Shown piece by piece: positions 45,901-54,105 of a stretch of DNA of 64,000 bases. This DNA comes from Hoeflea sp. (lineage in GTDB: Bacteria; Pseudomonadota; Alphaproteobacteria; Rhizobiales; Rhizobiaceae), in NCBI GenBank assembly GCA_002707605.1, contig PANK01000012.1:6731-70730 (forward strand), given 5' to 3'. Numbering within the stretch: position 1 is the first letter of the stretch; the number at the start of each line of letters is the position of its first letter. A program made the position numbers and the translations under genes. The notes beneath the pieces were generated by a model that saw only the letters and a list, made by a program, of their open reading frames with translations, ran no database searches and was not told the origin of the DNA.

Positions 45901-48026
45901 GACGGGCTGAGGTCGGCAGGCTGGACGTCACGCAGCGCCCGGACATTGCATTCAAACACCGGATCGAGTGCAGCGGCGGCTTCCGCGGCCTTGAGCTTGT
46001 CGCGCACCTTGCCCGAGAGATAGGCGTCGGCGGTCTGCCAGGACCCGGTCTCGGGTTCGCGGAAAACGGCGTCACCCAGCTCGGCGATGACGGTGTCCAC
46101 ATCGGCATGCATGAGCTCGGCAATGTGATCGACATCGACATGACCGCGCTCGTTGAGCACCACGGCCAGCGCATCGGCGGCACAGGTGATGACCGGCGCC
46201 GAGGGCGGAGCGATCACCCGCTCGGTGAAGATCGGACCGGGGCGCGCCGTGTTCGTCTCGAGGTCGTAATCCTCGATCGAGGCGACGAGCCAGCAATCGG
46301 GGTCGTCGAGGAAGGGTTGGAGATTGGGGCGGCGGTGCGTCTCGCGGACTTCGCCGGTCTCAAGATCCTCCTTCACCGATACGGTCGTGGAATTGACCGG
46401 ACCGAAGGCGCGCACGAAGTTCGACCAGGCGATGCGCAGCCTGACCTGGTGCTGCTTGAAGGGCTGATCGAGCTCCTGAGCCTTGAGGACCTCGCGCACG
46501 GCGTCGCGGATCGGGATCAGCTTTCGGATGATCCTGGCCTGTTTGTCGGAGACGCCTTCTGCGGCACGGCCCTTGCGCACCGTGATGGTGACGGGTTCAC
46601 CGTCGCGCACCTGCATCAGCGCCTGGTTCTTGCCGACAAAGAAGCTGCCCTCGCGGATGCCCTGCCCATCGGGCTCATCGAATTCGTGGGCATCGCCTGC
46701 ATCGGTTTCCGGATCGACGGCTTCGGGCTCACCGTCATAGATCGCTTCCGGAAGAAGACGGGTGGCGGCGCCAAGCGCCTGCTCCAGATCGACACCTCGC
46801 TGCGGCAGGCAGGTATAGGTCTCGCCGAACGGTCCGGACGTCGTGGCATGGATTCCCAACACGTGATCCGGATGCTGCGCGAACCAGCGATTGACCCGGA
46901 TGGGGCCCTCGTCCTCGGTTGCAGGCCGGACCTCTTCTGTTTCCAGCCAGGACATGTCGCCCTCGGCGTCGTCTGGCCTGCGCTTCCGGAAATAGAGGAT
47001 GTCGGCCACCACATTCGTGCCGGCCTCGGCCCGGAAACTGCCCTCAGGCAGGCGGAGGGCGGCGACAAGGTCGGCCTGTCGGGCGATCGTTTCCCGCGCG
47101 GATGGATCGGCCTTGTCCATGGTGCCGCTGGAGGTGACGAAAGCCGCAAGCCCGCCGGGCTTCAGCCGGTCGATCGCCTTGACGATGAAATAGTCATGCA
47201 GCCGCAAACCGAGGCCGCGATAGGCTTGGTCCGAGCGCACCGTGCGGTCGGAAAAGGGTGGATTGCCGATCGCCAGGTCGAAATGCGCGGGCAGATCCAT
47301 ACGGGCGAAATCGCCGTTGACGATCCGGGCGCGGGGCTGGAGCAGGCGGGCGATCCGCGCTGTGACCGGGTCGAGCTCGACACCAGTGACATGGGCGACC
47401 GGGCGCAGGTCCTCGGGCATCAGGGCGGGAAACAGCCCTGTGCCGATGCCGGGTTCGAGCACCCGACCGCCGCGCCAGCCAAGCCGCAGCAAGCCCGACC
47501 AGATGGCCCGGACGATGAACTCCGGCGTGAAATGCGCATACTGCGTACAGCGGGCAAGCGAAGCGTATTCCTGCACTGAGGTAACATCCTGCAGATCGGA
47601 ACCGATCTCCTGCCAGCCTTTGCGAAAGTCCGCCTCGCCCGGCCGCCGGAACACCGCATTGGCGAGTTCCGAGGCGCCGAACCCGGTGAACTTGATGAGC
47701 GCCGTCCGTTCCTCAATCGTCGCCGGGCGGGCTTCGGATTCGATTGTCCGAGCGAGCGCGATTGCAGAGATGTTGTCCTTGGCGCGCTGCCTCCAGCCAC
47801 GGGCCAGACCGCGATCGCCGACGAGAAGGAAATTCTCGCCGCGTTTGTTGTCGGCGGTCTTGCCGGCGCGTTGTGATACCGCGGATACCGGCTCTTCCGA
47901 CGCGTAATTCTCGTGTTCCTCCGGCGGTTCGATCGTCGTGCCGAATGCGGTGACGCCAAGACCGAGGCCGGCTGAAAGGGAGGTGTTGCCTGGAGACACG
48001 AGCGTGAAGGGGTCGTCATTGGGCAT
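42948..48026 (-). CDS. Fused N6-adenine DNA methyltransferase / SNF2-type helicase (1692 aa)
   Basis: Start MPNDDPF at 48026 is preceded by GGAGAA. The methyltransferase motifs are VLEPGIGTGLF and AIGNPPFSDR. The helicase motifs are HAVGAGKTM, VDEAQEFRK, and later PWLPSQIEQREGRIGRQGN. Confidence 0.85.
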   Translation of the reverse strand: MPNDDPFTLVSPGNTSLSAGLGLGVTAFGTTIEPPEEHENYASEEPVSAVSQRAGKTADNKRGENFLLVGDRGLARGWRQRAKDNISAIALARTIESEARPATIEERTALIKFTGFGASELANAVFRRPGEADFRKGWQEIGSDLQDVTSVQEYASLARCTQYAHFTPEFIVRAIWSGLLRLGWRGGRVLEPGIGTGLFPALMPEDLRPVAHVTGVELDPVTARIARLLQPRARIVNGDFARMDLPAHFDLAIGNPPFSDRTVRSDQAYRGLGLRLHDYFIVKAIDRLKPGGLAAFVTSSGTMDKADPSARETIARQADLVAALRLPEGSFRAEAGTNVVADILYFRKRRPDDAEGDMSWLETEEVRPATEDEGPIRVNRWFAQHPDHVLGIHATTSGPFGETYTCLPQRGVDLEQALGAATRLLPEAIYDGEPEAVDPETDAGDAHEFDEPDGQGIREGSFFVGKNQALMQVRDGEPVTITVRKGRAAEGVSDKQARIIRKLIPIRDAVREVLKAQELDQPFKQHQVRLRIAWSNFVRAFGPVNSTTVSVKEDLETGEVRETHRRPNLQPFLDDPDCWLVASIEDYDLETNTARPGPIFTERVIAPPSAPVITCAADALAVVLNERGHVDVDHIAELMHADVDTVIAELGDAVFREPETGSWQTADAYLSGKVRDKLKAAEAAAALDPVFECNVRALRDVQPADLSPSDITARLGAPWIPATDIVDFVREMMGAEIKIRHMPELASWTVEARQLGYTAAGTSEWGTDRRHAGELLADALNSRVPQIFDTVREGDSEKCVLNVVDTEAAKEKLTKIKTAFQTWIWSDPDRTDRLARDYNDRFNNIAPRTFNGDHLQLPGASGAFSLYGHQKRGIWRIISAGSTYLAHAVGAGKTMTMAAAIMEQKRLGLIAKAMLVVPGHCLAQAAREVLALYPTARILVADETNFTKEKRHRFLARAATANWDAIIITHSAFRFISIPSAFEQQMISDELELYEELLTKVESDDRVSRKRLERLKEGLKERLEALATRKDDLLTISELGIDQIIVDEAQEFRKLSFATNMSSLKGVDPTGSQRAWDLYVKSRFVETKNPGRALVLASGTPITNTLGEMFSVQRFLGIEALKERGLHEFDAWASTFGDVTTELELQPSGKYKPVTRFATFVNVPELIAMFRSFADVVLPEDLRQYVKVPAVSTAKRQIRTSRPSAAFKRYQTVLDARIKAIEEREGPAKPGDDILLSVVTDGRHAAIDLRLVDPDNGDEPDNKLNDLIGNAFRIWSETSQNTYRKHDGDCFELAGAAQMIFSDLGTISVEKSRGFSAYRWIRDELVRRGVPPSEIAFMQDYRRAQAKQRLFGDVNAGKVRFLIGSSETMGTGVNAQLRLKALHHLDVPWLPSQIEQREGRIGRQGNQHDEIDIFAYATEGSLDATMWQNNERKARFIAAALSGDTSIRRLEDMGEGQANQFAMAKAIASGDPRLMQKAGLEADIARLERLRAAHMDDQHAVRRQIREAERDIEIATRRIADIGMDIDLRLPTAGEAFAMTVAGTSYSERKPAGRALMKEILTLVQLQQEGDTAIASIGGFDVEFSGERVGADGYRYTTILMRTGAEHEIELPVTTTPLGAVSRLEHALSAFEDERLRYRQRLADAERRLSSYRARQGEAFAFAGELEDKRRQLAEIESELADSATRSERAAA

Positions 48027-48112
48027 GGGTTGTTCTCCGTGTGTTGGGGTGCGTGCCCGCCCGCCGCCGGGTTGGCCGGCGGCGCGACGCACGCGACAGA
48101 TTCGGGATGGGA

Positions 48113-48511
48113 TCAGCGGGTGATCAGCGAGAACGAGATGTCGTGCTCGGTGAGTTGCACCCTCAGATGGGTGGCGCCGAAGTTCCGGTTGAAGCTCGGA
48201 ATCAGCAGGTCGGCATCGATGAATTCGATGCCATCATCGCCCCCGAAGTGGCGGCGCTTGTAGTCCCACCAGTCCGGATTGCCCTTCGGATGGCATTCGG
48301 AGGAATAGACGACGAGCGGTGTCTCGCCATCGGCGAGCTTGCCGTTCGAGATGATGTAGACGCCCTCGTCGCCAACGAGCCACAGGCCAGGTTTCTCGCC
48401 CTGGCCGGGTTTCAAGCCGTAATAGGGATTGCGAAAGCCGCCATTGGCGGCCGCGTCGGCTTCCCCGCGCGCGATGACCTTGCGCACGGCCATGATCGGA
48501 AAGGTGAACAT
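48113..48511 (-). CDS. DUF3085-like protein
   Basis: 132 aa containing LWLVGDEGVYIISNG..ECHPKGNPDWWDYKRRHFGGDDG. Family assigned from memory. Confidence 0.55.
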   Translation of the reverse strand: MFTFPIMAVRKVIARGEADAAANGGFRNPYYGLKPGQGEKPGLWLVGDEGVYIISNGKLADGETPLVVYSSECHPKGNPDWWDYKRRHFGGDDGIEFIDADLLIPSFNRNFGATHLRVQLTEHDISFSLITR

Positions 48512-48518
48512 GGCGGCC

Positions 48519-49118
48519 TCACGCGGCCTCGGCGAGCGGCAGGTGGCGCAGATGCACGGGAAGTTTTTCCGCGATTTGCGCGTCGGTCAGATGATCCAGC
48601 AGCGCGAAGCTGCTTTCATGCCTACCATAGACGATGATGGTGCGCTGGCCGCGGTTCTCGGGGCGGAAACCCGCCCCGGCATAGCCGCGATACCGGTCCT
48701 CGGTGGCGCTCCAGATGTGCTCGATGCGCTCCTCGCGGGTCATCGCCTTGACCGGGCGGCGCTCCCGCTCGACGATCGCGTCGCGCATCTCGACGGGCGA
48801 ACCCGGCCGCGCGAGATCGCAATAGGCGTGGAAGTAGCGGTCAACCCCGTTGATGCAGAGCGCATAGAACACGCTGGTGATGCTGCCGGTCAGGAATTCG
48901 CCCAGGGCGAACATTTCTCCGCGCATCCAGAGCGGCGGCAGGATATCGAGCATGTAATCGTGTTCGGGCCGGGCGATCTCGAACCATTCGCCCGCGAACA
49001 GGGCACCATCGTCGTTCTGCCAACGGTTCGGGCGCTGGGCGTGGCGATCGAACAGACGGAACATCTGCCGGCGATCGGCTACCCCGAAATAGATCTTGCG
49101 GATGGGAGAGAGGGTCAT
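48519..49118 (-). CDS. DUF1419-like protein
   Basis: 199 aa containing IRKIYFGVADRRQMFRLFDRH..EHDYMLDILPPLWMRGEMFALGEF. Family assigned from memory. Confidence 0.55.
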   Translation of the reverse strand: MTLSPIRKIYFGVADRRQMFRLFDRHAQRPNRWQNDDGALFAGEWFEIARPEHDYMLDILPPLWMRGEMFALGEFLTGSITSVFYALCINGVDRYFHAYCDLARPGSPVEMRDAIVERERRPVKAMTREERIEHIWSATEDRYRGYAGAGFRPENRGQRTIIVYGRHESSFALLDHLTDAQIAEKLPVHLRHLPLAEAA

Positions 49119-49242
49119 GGGTGGGCTCCTTGGCCTCCGGGGCTGGAGCGCGGCTCATCCTCTCGACGTCGCCATCGTCTTCAGCCCTTCCGGACCCCTC
49201 TCAAGCGGCCGCCTCTCCGTCCGGCCGGGTCAAGGGCCGGCG

Positions 49243-50211
49243 TCAGCCGGGCGAAGCGTCACCCTTGAGGCGGCCGGCGGGCATGCGGCAGCCGTCCTTC
49301 CTATCCTTCCCACTCGATTCCTGCTTCCTCCCCAATTCCGCGTTCCAATCGTCTTCCAGCGGACAGATCCGCTCGAACCCGCGTCCTGCCTCGGCGGCAA
49401 GGTCTCGTAGGCGGCCGGCGTATGTCTCGCCCTGCGCGTTGTTGTCGGTGGCCGCCACAAGATGGGCGCCCGGCCGGCAGGCCTGTGCATGAAGGGCTTG
49501 TGCCGTGGCCGGGGCCCAGCCGCCGCCGGTGCTGAGATAGAGGGTATCCGCTCGAAGATTTTCGATCGCGGCCAGGCTCATGGCGTCGATCGCCGCCTCG
49601 GTGACACAAAGTCGGAGCGCATCGGGCCGGCCGAGACGGAACAGGATCTTGGCGCCGCCGGTCGCGAAGCCACGCCAATCGGGACCGCGCTCCTCCCAGC
49701 CGGTCACCTGACCGGCGTGATCGGTATGGCCGGCCCACATGCTGCCCTTCGGGCCTTCGCGCAAGACGTTTGCGGAAATGGCCTTTCGGATGACAGGCTC
49801 AGGAATGTGGCGCGTGTCGTGGAGATAACGCCATGTCGCCGAGCCGGGCCAGGGTTTGCGCCGGACCCGCCAGCGTTCCACGATCGTCAGGTCGGGCGCA
49901 CGGTCCCTGGCCGCGCGTGTCCAGACCGGTTCGGACGGGACAAAGCCGACCAGTTCGGCAACGACATAGAGCGCGGCGGCAAAAGGAATGCCGTCGAGAT
50001 GTTCCACGAGAGAGAAGACGTCGCCCTTTGCATCCGACAAGGGATCGAACCAGCCCTTGCCGTCATGGATGACGATGATGATCTCGGCGGTGCGGCGATA
50101 CTTCATCGCCTTTCGGCTGCTCTCCTTGAGATCGAGTGCGAACCCCGCGTCCTCCAGCACGGCGCTGCAGGGCACCTTTCCTCTCAGCTCTTCCAGGTCT
50201 GCTTTTTCCAT
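49243..50211 (-). CDS. Toprim-domain (primase-like) protein
   Basis: Start MEKADLEEL at 50211. The toprim Glu is in LCVTEAAIDAMS and the DxD-like motif is VAATDNNAQGE. Confidence 0.7.
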   Translation of the reverse strand: MEKADLEELRGKVPCSAVLEDAGFALDLKESSRKAMKYRRTAEIIIVIHDGKGWFDPLSDAKGDVFSLVEHLDGIPFAAALYVVAELVGFVPSEPVWTRAARDRAPDLTIVERWRVRRKPWPGSATWRYLHDTRHIPEPVIRKAISANVLREGPKGSMWAGHTDHAGQVTGWEERGPDWRGFATGGAKILFRLGRPDALRLCVTEAAIDAMSLAAIENLRADTLYLSTGGGWAPATAQALHAQACRPGAHLVAATDNNAQGETYAGRLRDLAAEAGRGFERICPLEDDWNAELGRKQESSGKDRKDGCRMPAGRLKGDASPG

Positions 50212-50415
50212 ATCTCGCCCGCGCCTTCGCGCGCTCCTCTTATCCGATTCCCGCTCCCGGTCTTTCCGGAACGAGGATCGGCACGCCGCGAAGAGCAAGA
50301 CGGGCAAGGGCGCGGCGGGCAACCCGGCAGATTCGCGGGGCCGGATCGATCTCGCCCGCCGCGGCGAAGCCTCCCTTGCCGGGCGCAGCGCGCAAGCGGC
50401 ACGCACACCCGCGCG

Positions 50416-50688
50416 TCAGCCGCTGCGTCGCTCTTCCTCGGCGACGATCGCGGTCACCATCTCGATATCCATTTCCGCCTGCGGGGAGATGCGGGCGATT
50501 TCGGCGGCGACCTTGGCCCAGTGATAGAATTCGGCTGTCTCGCCGCGAACGCGTGCCCGGACGGCACGGCGCTGCGCCTCATAGTAGGCGTTGGGTCCCT
50601 CGGCCGCGGCGAGGCGACGGGCATCGGCCTGCCAGCGCCGGCGGATTGCGCTTCTGTGTTCGAACCAACGGCGGATCACGACGATCAT
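50416..50688 (-). CDS. Small hypothetical protein (90 aa)
   Basis: A compact ORF and the last gene in minus orientation before the composition and function change. Confidence 0.4.
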   Translation of the reverse strand: MIVVIRRWFEHRSAIRRRWQADARRLAAAEGPNAYYEAQRRAVRARVRGETAEFYHWAKVAAEIARISPQAEMDIEMVTAIVAEEERRSG

Positions 50689-50985
50689 GGCCCCGTTCCC
50701 TATTCTCTACCGCGTCAGGGATGGCCGCCCCATTTTGTGCGATGCCCATCGAGCGCTTTGGGACAGACTGCGCACCTGCGGTGCCTCAATGACACCTGAA
50801 GCAACCAGCATTTCGCGGCGTTTTAAGCTGCGAAGATGACGTCACCGCTGCGAGCGCGCTGTCGGCGATGCGCCTTCTCGGATCGCGACAGCAGGCTCGC
50901 CATCTGCCGCGGCGCCTTGCGTTCCAGAAACCGCGCGGGCGCAGGCCGAAGAGGTAGCCCTTTTCGGAAAATCGCTGATCCGAAG

Positions 50986-51348
50986 TTACGAGCTGGCATT
51001 CATAGGCTTGGGCGCGCCCGTGGCCATATCGGTGCCGGTGTAGGGCAGACCGGCCTGCTTCCATGCACCGAAGCCGCCCTCCATATGAGCGAGTGGCGTC
51101 AGTCCTGCTTTCAGGGCGATCTCGGCCATCTTGCCGGACCGGGCGCCCGAGCCGCAATGCAACACGATACGCTTGCCGTCCTGTGTGGGCAGCGCCTCGG
51201 GACGGAAGAACGCCATGGGCATCAGCAGCGCGCCGTCGATATGCTCCATGATGTATTCGGGCGGCGTGCGTACATCGATCAATACGATCTCCTGCGCGTC
51301 GAGAGCCGCCTTTACCCTTTCCGGGGTCCAGTTTTCGAGTTGTGCCAT
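50986..51348 (-). CDS. Rhodanese-domain sulfurtransferase
   Basis: VLIDVRTPPEY..HIDGA and the active-site loop HCGSGARS. Confidence 0.8.
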   Translation of the reverse strand: MAQLENWTPERVKAALDAQEIVLIDVRTPPEYIMEHIDGALLMPMAFFRPEALPTQDGKRIVLHCGSGARSGKMAEIALKAGLTPLAHMEGGFGAWKQAGLPYTGTDMATGAPKPMNASS

Positions 51349-51350
51349 GA

Positions 51351-52250
51351 TCAGAACCTGTTCGCTGGGATCTTGAAGTAGCTGTTTCCGTCACCCTCCG
51401 GTTCCGGCAGGCGGCCGCCCCGAAGATTGAACTGCAGCGCATATAGCATCCGGTCGGGAAGGTTGAGTGTCGCGTCACGCTCCTCTCGGACCTTCACGTA
51501 TTCCTCTTTCGGAACGCCGCCTCCAAGGTGCTTGTTCGAGGCCTTCTGCTCCGCGACCGTACTTTCCCAGGCTGGGCCATCGCGGCCCTCCGCGCCGTAG
51601 TCGTGGCCAATGAAGATGCGATGCTCGTCTGGCAGCGCGAGGATCGCCATCAGGGAGTCGTAGAGCATGGCCGCCGAACCGCCGGGGAAGTCGGCACGCG
51701 CGGTGCCGCTGTCGGGCTGCATGAAGGTGTCATGCGCGAAGATCGCGTCGCCCACCACATAGGTGATCGAGCCGAGCGTATGGCCGGGCGACAGCATCAC
51801 GCGCACGTCGATCTCGCCCACGCGGAACGTGTCGCCATCGGCGAAGAGCCGGTCGAAATCGGCCTCCGGGTCGAATGCGTCCGGCGTGTTGTAGAAGTCG
51901 CGCCAGAGCTCTGCGATCTCGCGCACCTTCTCTCCGATTGCGTTGGGCGCGCCGGTCTTTTCCTTGAGATATGCCGCCGCCATAAGGTGGTCGGCATGGG
52001 GGTGCGTGTCAAGGATCCACTCGAGTGTCAGACCCTCGCGCTCAATCCAGTCGAGCGCCCAGTCGGCACATTCGGTCGAGGTGCGGGCGCGGGCCGGATT
52101 GAAGTCGAGAACCACATCGATCAACGCGCATTTCTTCGTCGCCGGGTCGATGCAGATGTACTGGCAGCTGCCCGAGGCCTCATCGTAGAAACCGACGACA
52201 TCGGGGCTTCCAGGTCCACGGGATGCGCTTTTCGAATGCGGGATTGTCAT
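51351..52250 (-). CDS. MBL-fold hydrolase, persulfide-dioxygenase-like (copy 1)
   Basis: Start MTIPHSK at 52250 is preceded by GGAAAGGA. Motifs are THPHADH, SPGHTLGS, and TARADFPGGSAAMLYDSL. Confidence 0.8.
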   Translation of the reverse strand: MTIPHSKSASRGPGSPDVVGFYDEASGSCQYICIDPATKKCALIDVVLDFNPARARTSTECADWALDWIEREGLTLEWILDTHPHADHLMAAAYLKEKTGAPNAIGEKVREIAELWRDFYNTPDAFDPEADFDRLFADGDTFRVGEIDVRVMLSPGHTLGSITYVVGDAIFAHDTFMQPDSGTARADFPGGSAAMLYDSLMAILALPDEHRIFIGHDYGAEGRDGPAWESTVAEQKASNKHLGGGVPKEEYVKVREERDATLNLPDRMLYALQFNLRGGRLPEPEGDGNSYFKIPANRF

Positions 52251-52269
52251 GCAGTCCTTTCCTTTCAGG

Positions 52270-54009
52270 TCATTCTGCGGCTTTGGCCGGGTCGGCCGGT
52301 TCGGCGAGCGACTTCCAGGCGTCATACTGGGACAGGAAGACACGTCCGTTGAGCTGGTCGAGGAAGTGTGTGCTCTCGAGGCGGTCCATCACCGGCCCCT
52401 TCACTTCCGAGAGGTGCAGTCCGACCCCCAGATCCGTGAGCCTGTGGTTGATCGCCTCCAGGCTCTCGAGGGCCGAGTAATCGATCTCGTTCACCGCGGA
52501 GCACATGAGGATCACGTGACGCAGCGTGGCGCCGTCGACCACGCGGTCCTGGATCAGATCCTCGAGGAACCGGGCGTTCACGAAATAGAGGCTCTCGTCC
52601 ACGCGCAGGGCAAGTATCTCGGGATCGGTCTCGACGTCGTGCCGTTTGATATTGCGGAAGTGGTTGGTGCCCGGAACGAGACCGACCTCGGCGACATGGG
52701 GCTTCGACGTCTTGTAGAGGTGCAGCGCTATGGACAGGATCACACCGGAGGCGACGCCAATCTCGACGCCCAGAGTCAGGGTCAGAAGGATCGTTGCAGC
52801 GACCGCTGCAAAATCAGCGCGCGAGTAGGACCAGGTTTTCTTCAGGATCGAGAAGTCGACAAGGCTGAGCACGGCGACGACGATGGTTGCTGCCAGCGTG
52901 GCGTTGGGCAGATAGTAGACCAGCGGCGTCAGGGCGAGCGCGGCAATCGCGAGGCCGATCGCGGTAAAAGCGCCGGCCGCCGGCGTTTCGGCGCCCGCGT
53001 CGAAGTTCACGACCGAGCGCGCGAACCCGCCGGTGACGGGATAGCCGCCGGTGAAGGCCGCGCCGAGGTTGGCGGCGCCGAGCCCGATGAGTTCCTGGTC
53101 GGGATCGATACGCTGACGCTTCTTGGCCGCGAGAGTCTGGGCGACGGAAATGGATTCCACGAAGCCGATGATGGAGATCAGGATCGCCGGGATCGCCAGT
53201 TGGCGGATCAGCTCGGGTGCGAGGCCCGGCATGGTCAAAGGCGGCAACGCTTGCGGCACCTCGCCGACGATGGAGACGCCGCGCTCGGCGAGACCGAAAG
53301 CCCAAACCGCGAGTGTCGTGACCACAACAGCAGCCACGGGACCGGCTTTGGTGACGATGTCGGCGAGAAGCGGGCCCGCGCCCATCCCGCGCAAGAGCGG
53401 CTTCAGCCCCTTGCGAACCCAGAACAGGAATGCTGTTGCGGCGACGCCGATGACCACCGTAGCCGGGTTAATCTGCCGGAGATGCGAGACAAGCGCACCG
53501 ACCATCTCGATCAGCGTGTGGCCGCCCGCGTCGATGCCGAGGATGTGCTTGAGTTGGCTCGTCGCGATCAGGATTCCGGAAGCGGTGATGAACCCGGCGA
53601 TCACCGGATGGCTGAGGAAATTCGCCAGAAAGCCCAGCCGGAAGACGCCGAGCAGCAGAAGGAACCCGCCCGAGAGCGCCGCGAGCGTCAGCGCGGCGAC
53701 GGCATAGCCCGCCGTGCCCTGTTCGGCCACCTGTCCAACGGCGGATGCGGTCAGGAGCGACACGACCGCCACCGGGCCCACGGCGAGCGCGCGGGAGGTG
53801 CCGAAGACCGCGTAGAGCAGGATCGGGGCGATCGAGGCGTAGATCCCGGCTTCGGGTGGCAGGCCCGCCAGCAGCGCATAGGCCAATGACTGCGGGATCA
53901 GCATGATCGTCACGATCACCGCCGCCACGAGATCGTTCGTGAGCGTGGAGCGGTCGTAGTGCCGCCCCCATTTGAGGATCGGCAGATAGCGGGCAAGCCT
54001 TGGCATCAT
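52270..54009 (-). CDS. SulP-family anion transporter with a C-terminal STAS domain
   Basis: IPQSLAYALLAGLPPEAGIYASI, many TM segments, and a STAS-like tail (ILMCSAVNEIDYSALESL). Confidence 0.85.
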   Translation of the reverse strand: MMPRLARYLPILKWGRHYDRSTLTNDLVAAVIVTIMLIPQSLAYALLAGLPPEAGIYASIAPILLYAVFGTSRALAVGPVAVVSLLTASAVGQVAEQGTAGYAVAALTLAALSGGFLLLLGVFRLGFLANFLSHPVIAGFITASGILIATSQLKHILGIDAGGHTLIEMVGALVSHLRQINPATVVIGVAATAFLFWVRKGLKPLLRGMGAGPLLADIVTKAGPVAAVVVTTLAVWAFGLAERGVSIVGEVPQALPPLTMPGLAPELIRQLAIPAILISIIGFVESISVAQTLAAKKRQRIDPDQELIGLGAANLGAAFTGGYPVTGGFARSVVNFDAGAETPAAGAFTAIGLAIAALALTPLVYYLPNATLAATIVVAVLSLVDFSILKKTWSYSRADFAAVAATILLTLTLGVEIGVASGVILSIALHLYKTSKPHVAEVGLVPGTNHFRNIKRHDVETDPEILALRVDESLYFVNARFLEDLIQDRVVDGATLRHVILMCSAVNEIDYSALESLEAINHRLTDLGVGLHLSEVKGPVMDRLESTHFLDQLNGRVFLSQYDAWKSLAEPADPAKAAE

Positions 54010-54105
54010 TGGCGGATACGCTCTTGGGGTTTGGGGAACGGGGCGCAACCGGTGCGCCGCGTTCGCTGACGCGCGTTCAGCGGGAGGACAGGCCGCGCGT
54101 TCCTA

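Noticed and set aside
45465-47579. 704-aa plus-strand ORF (and the 43206..44192 and 44646..45446 ORFs)
   Set aside because: All are antisense to the methylase-helicase gene and are G/R/D/L-rich shadow frames.
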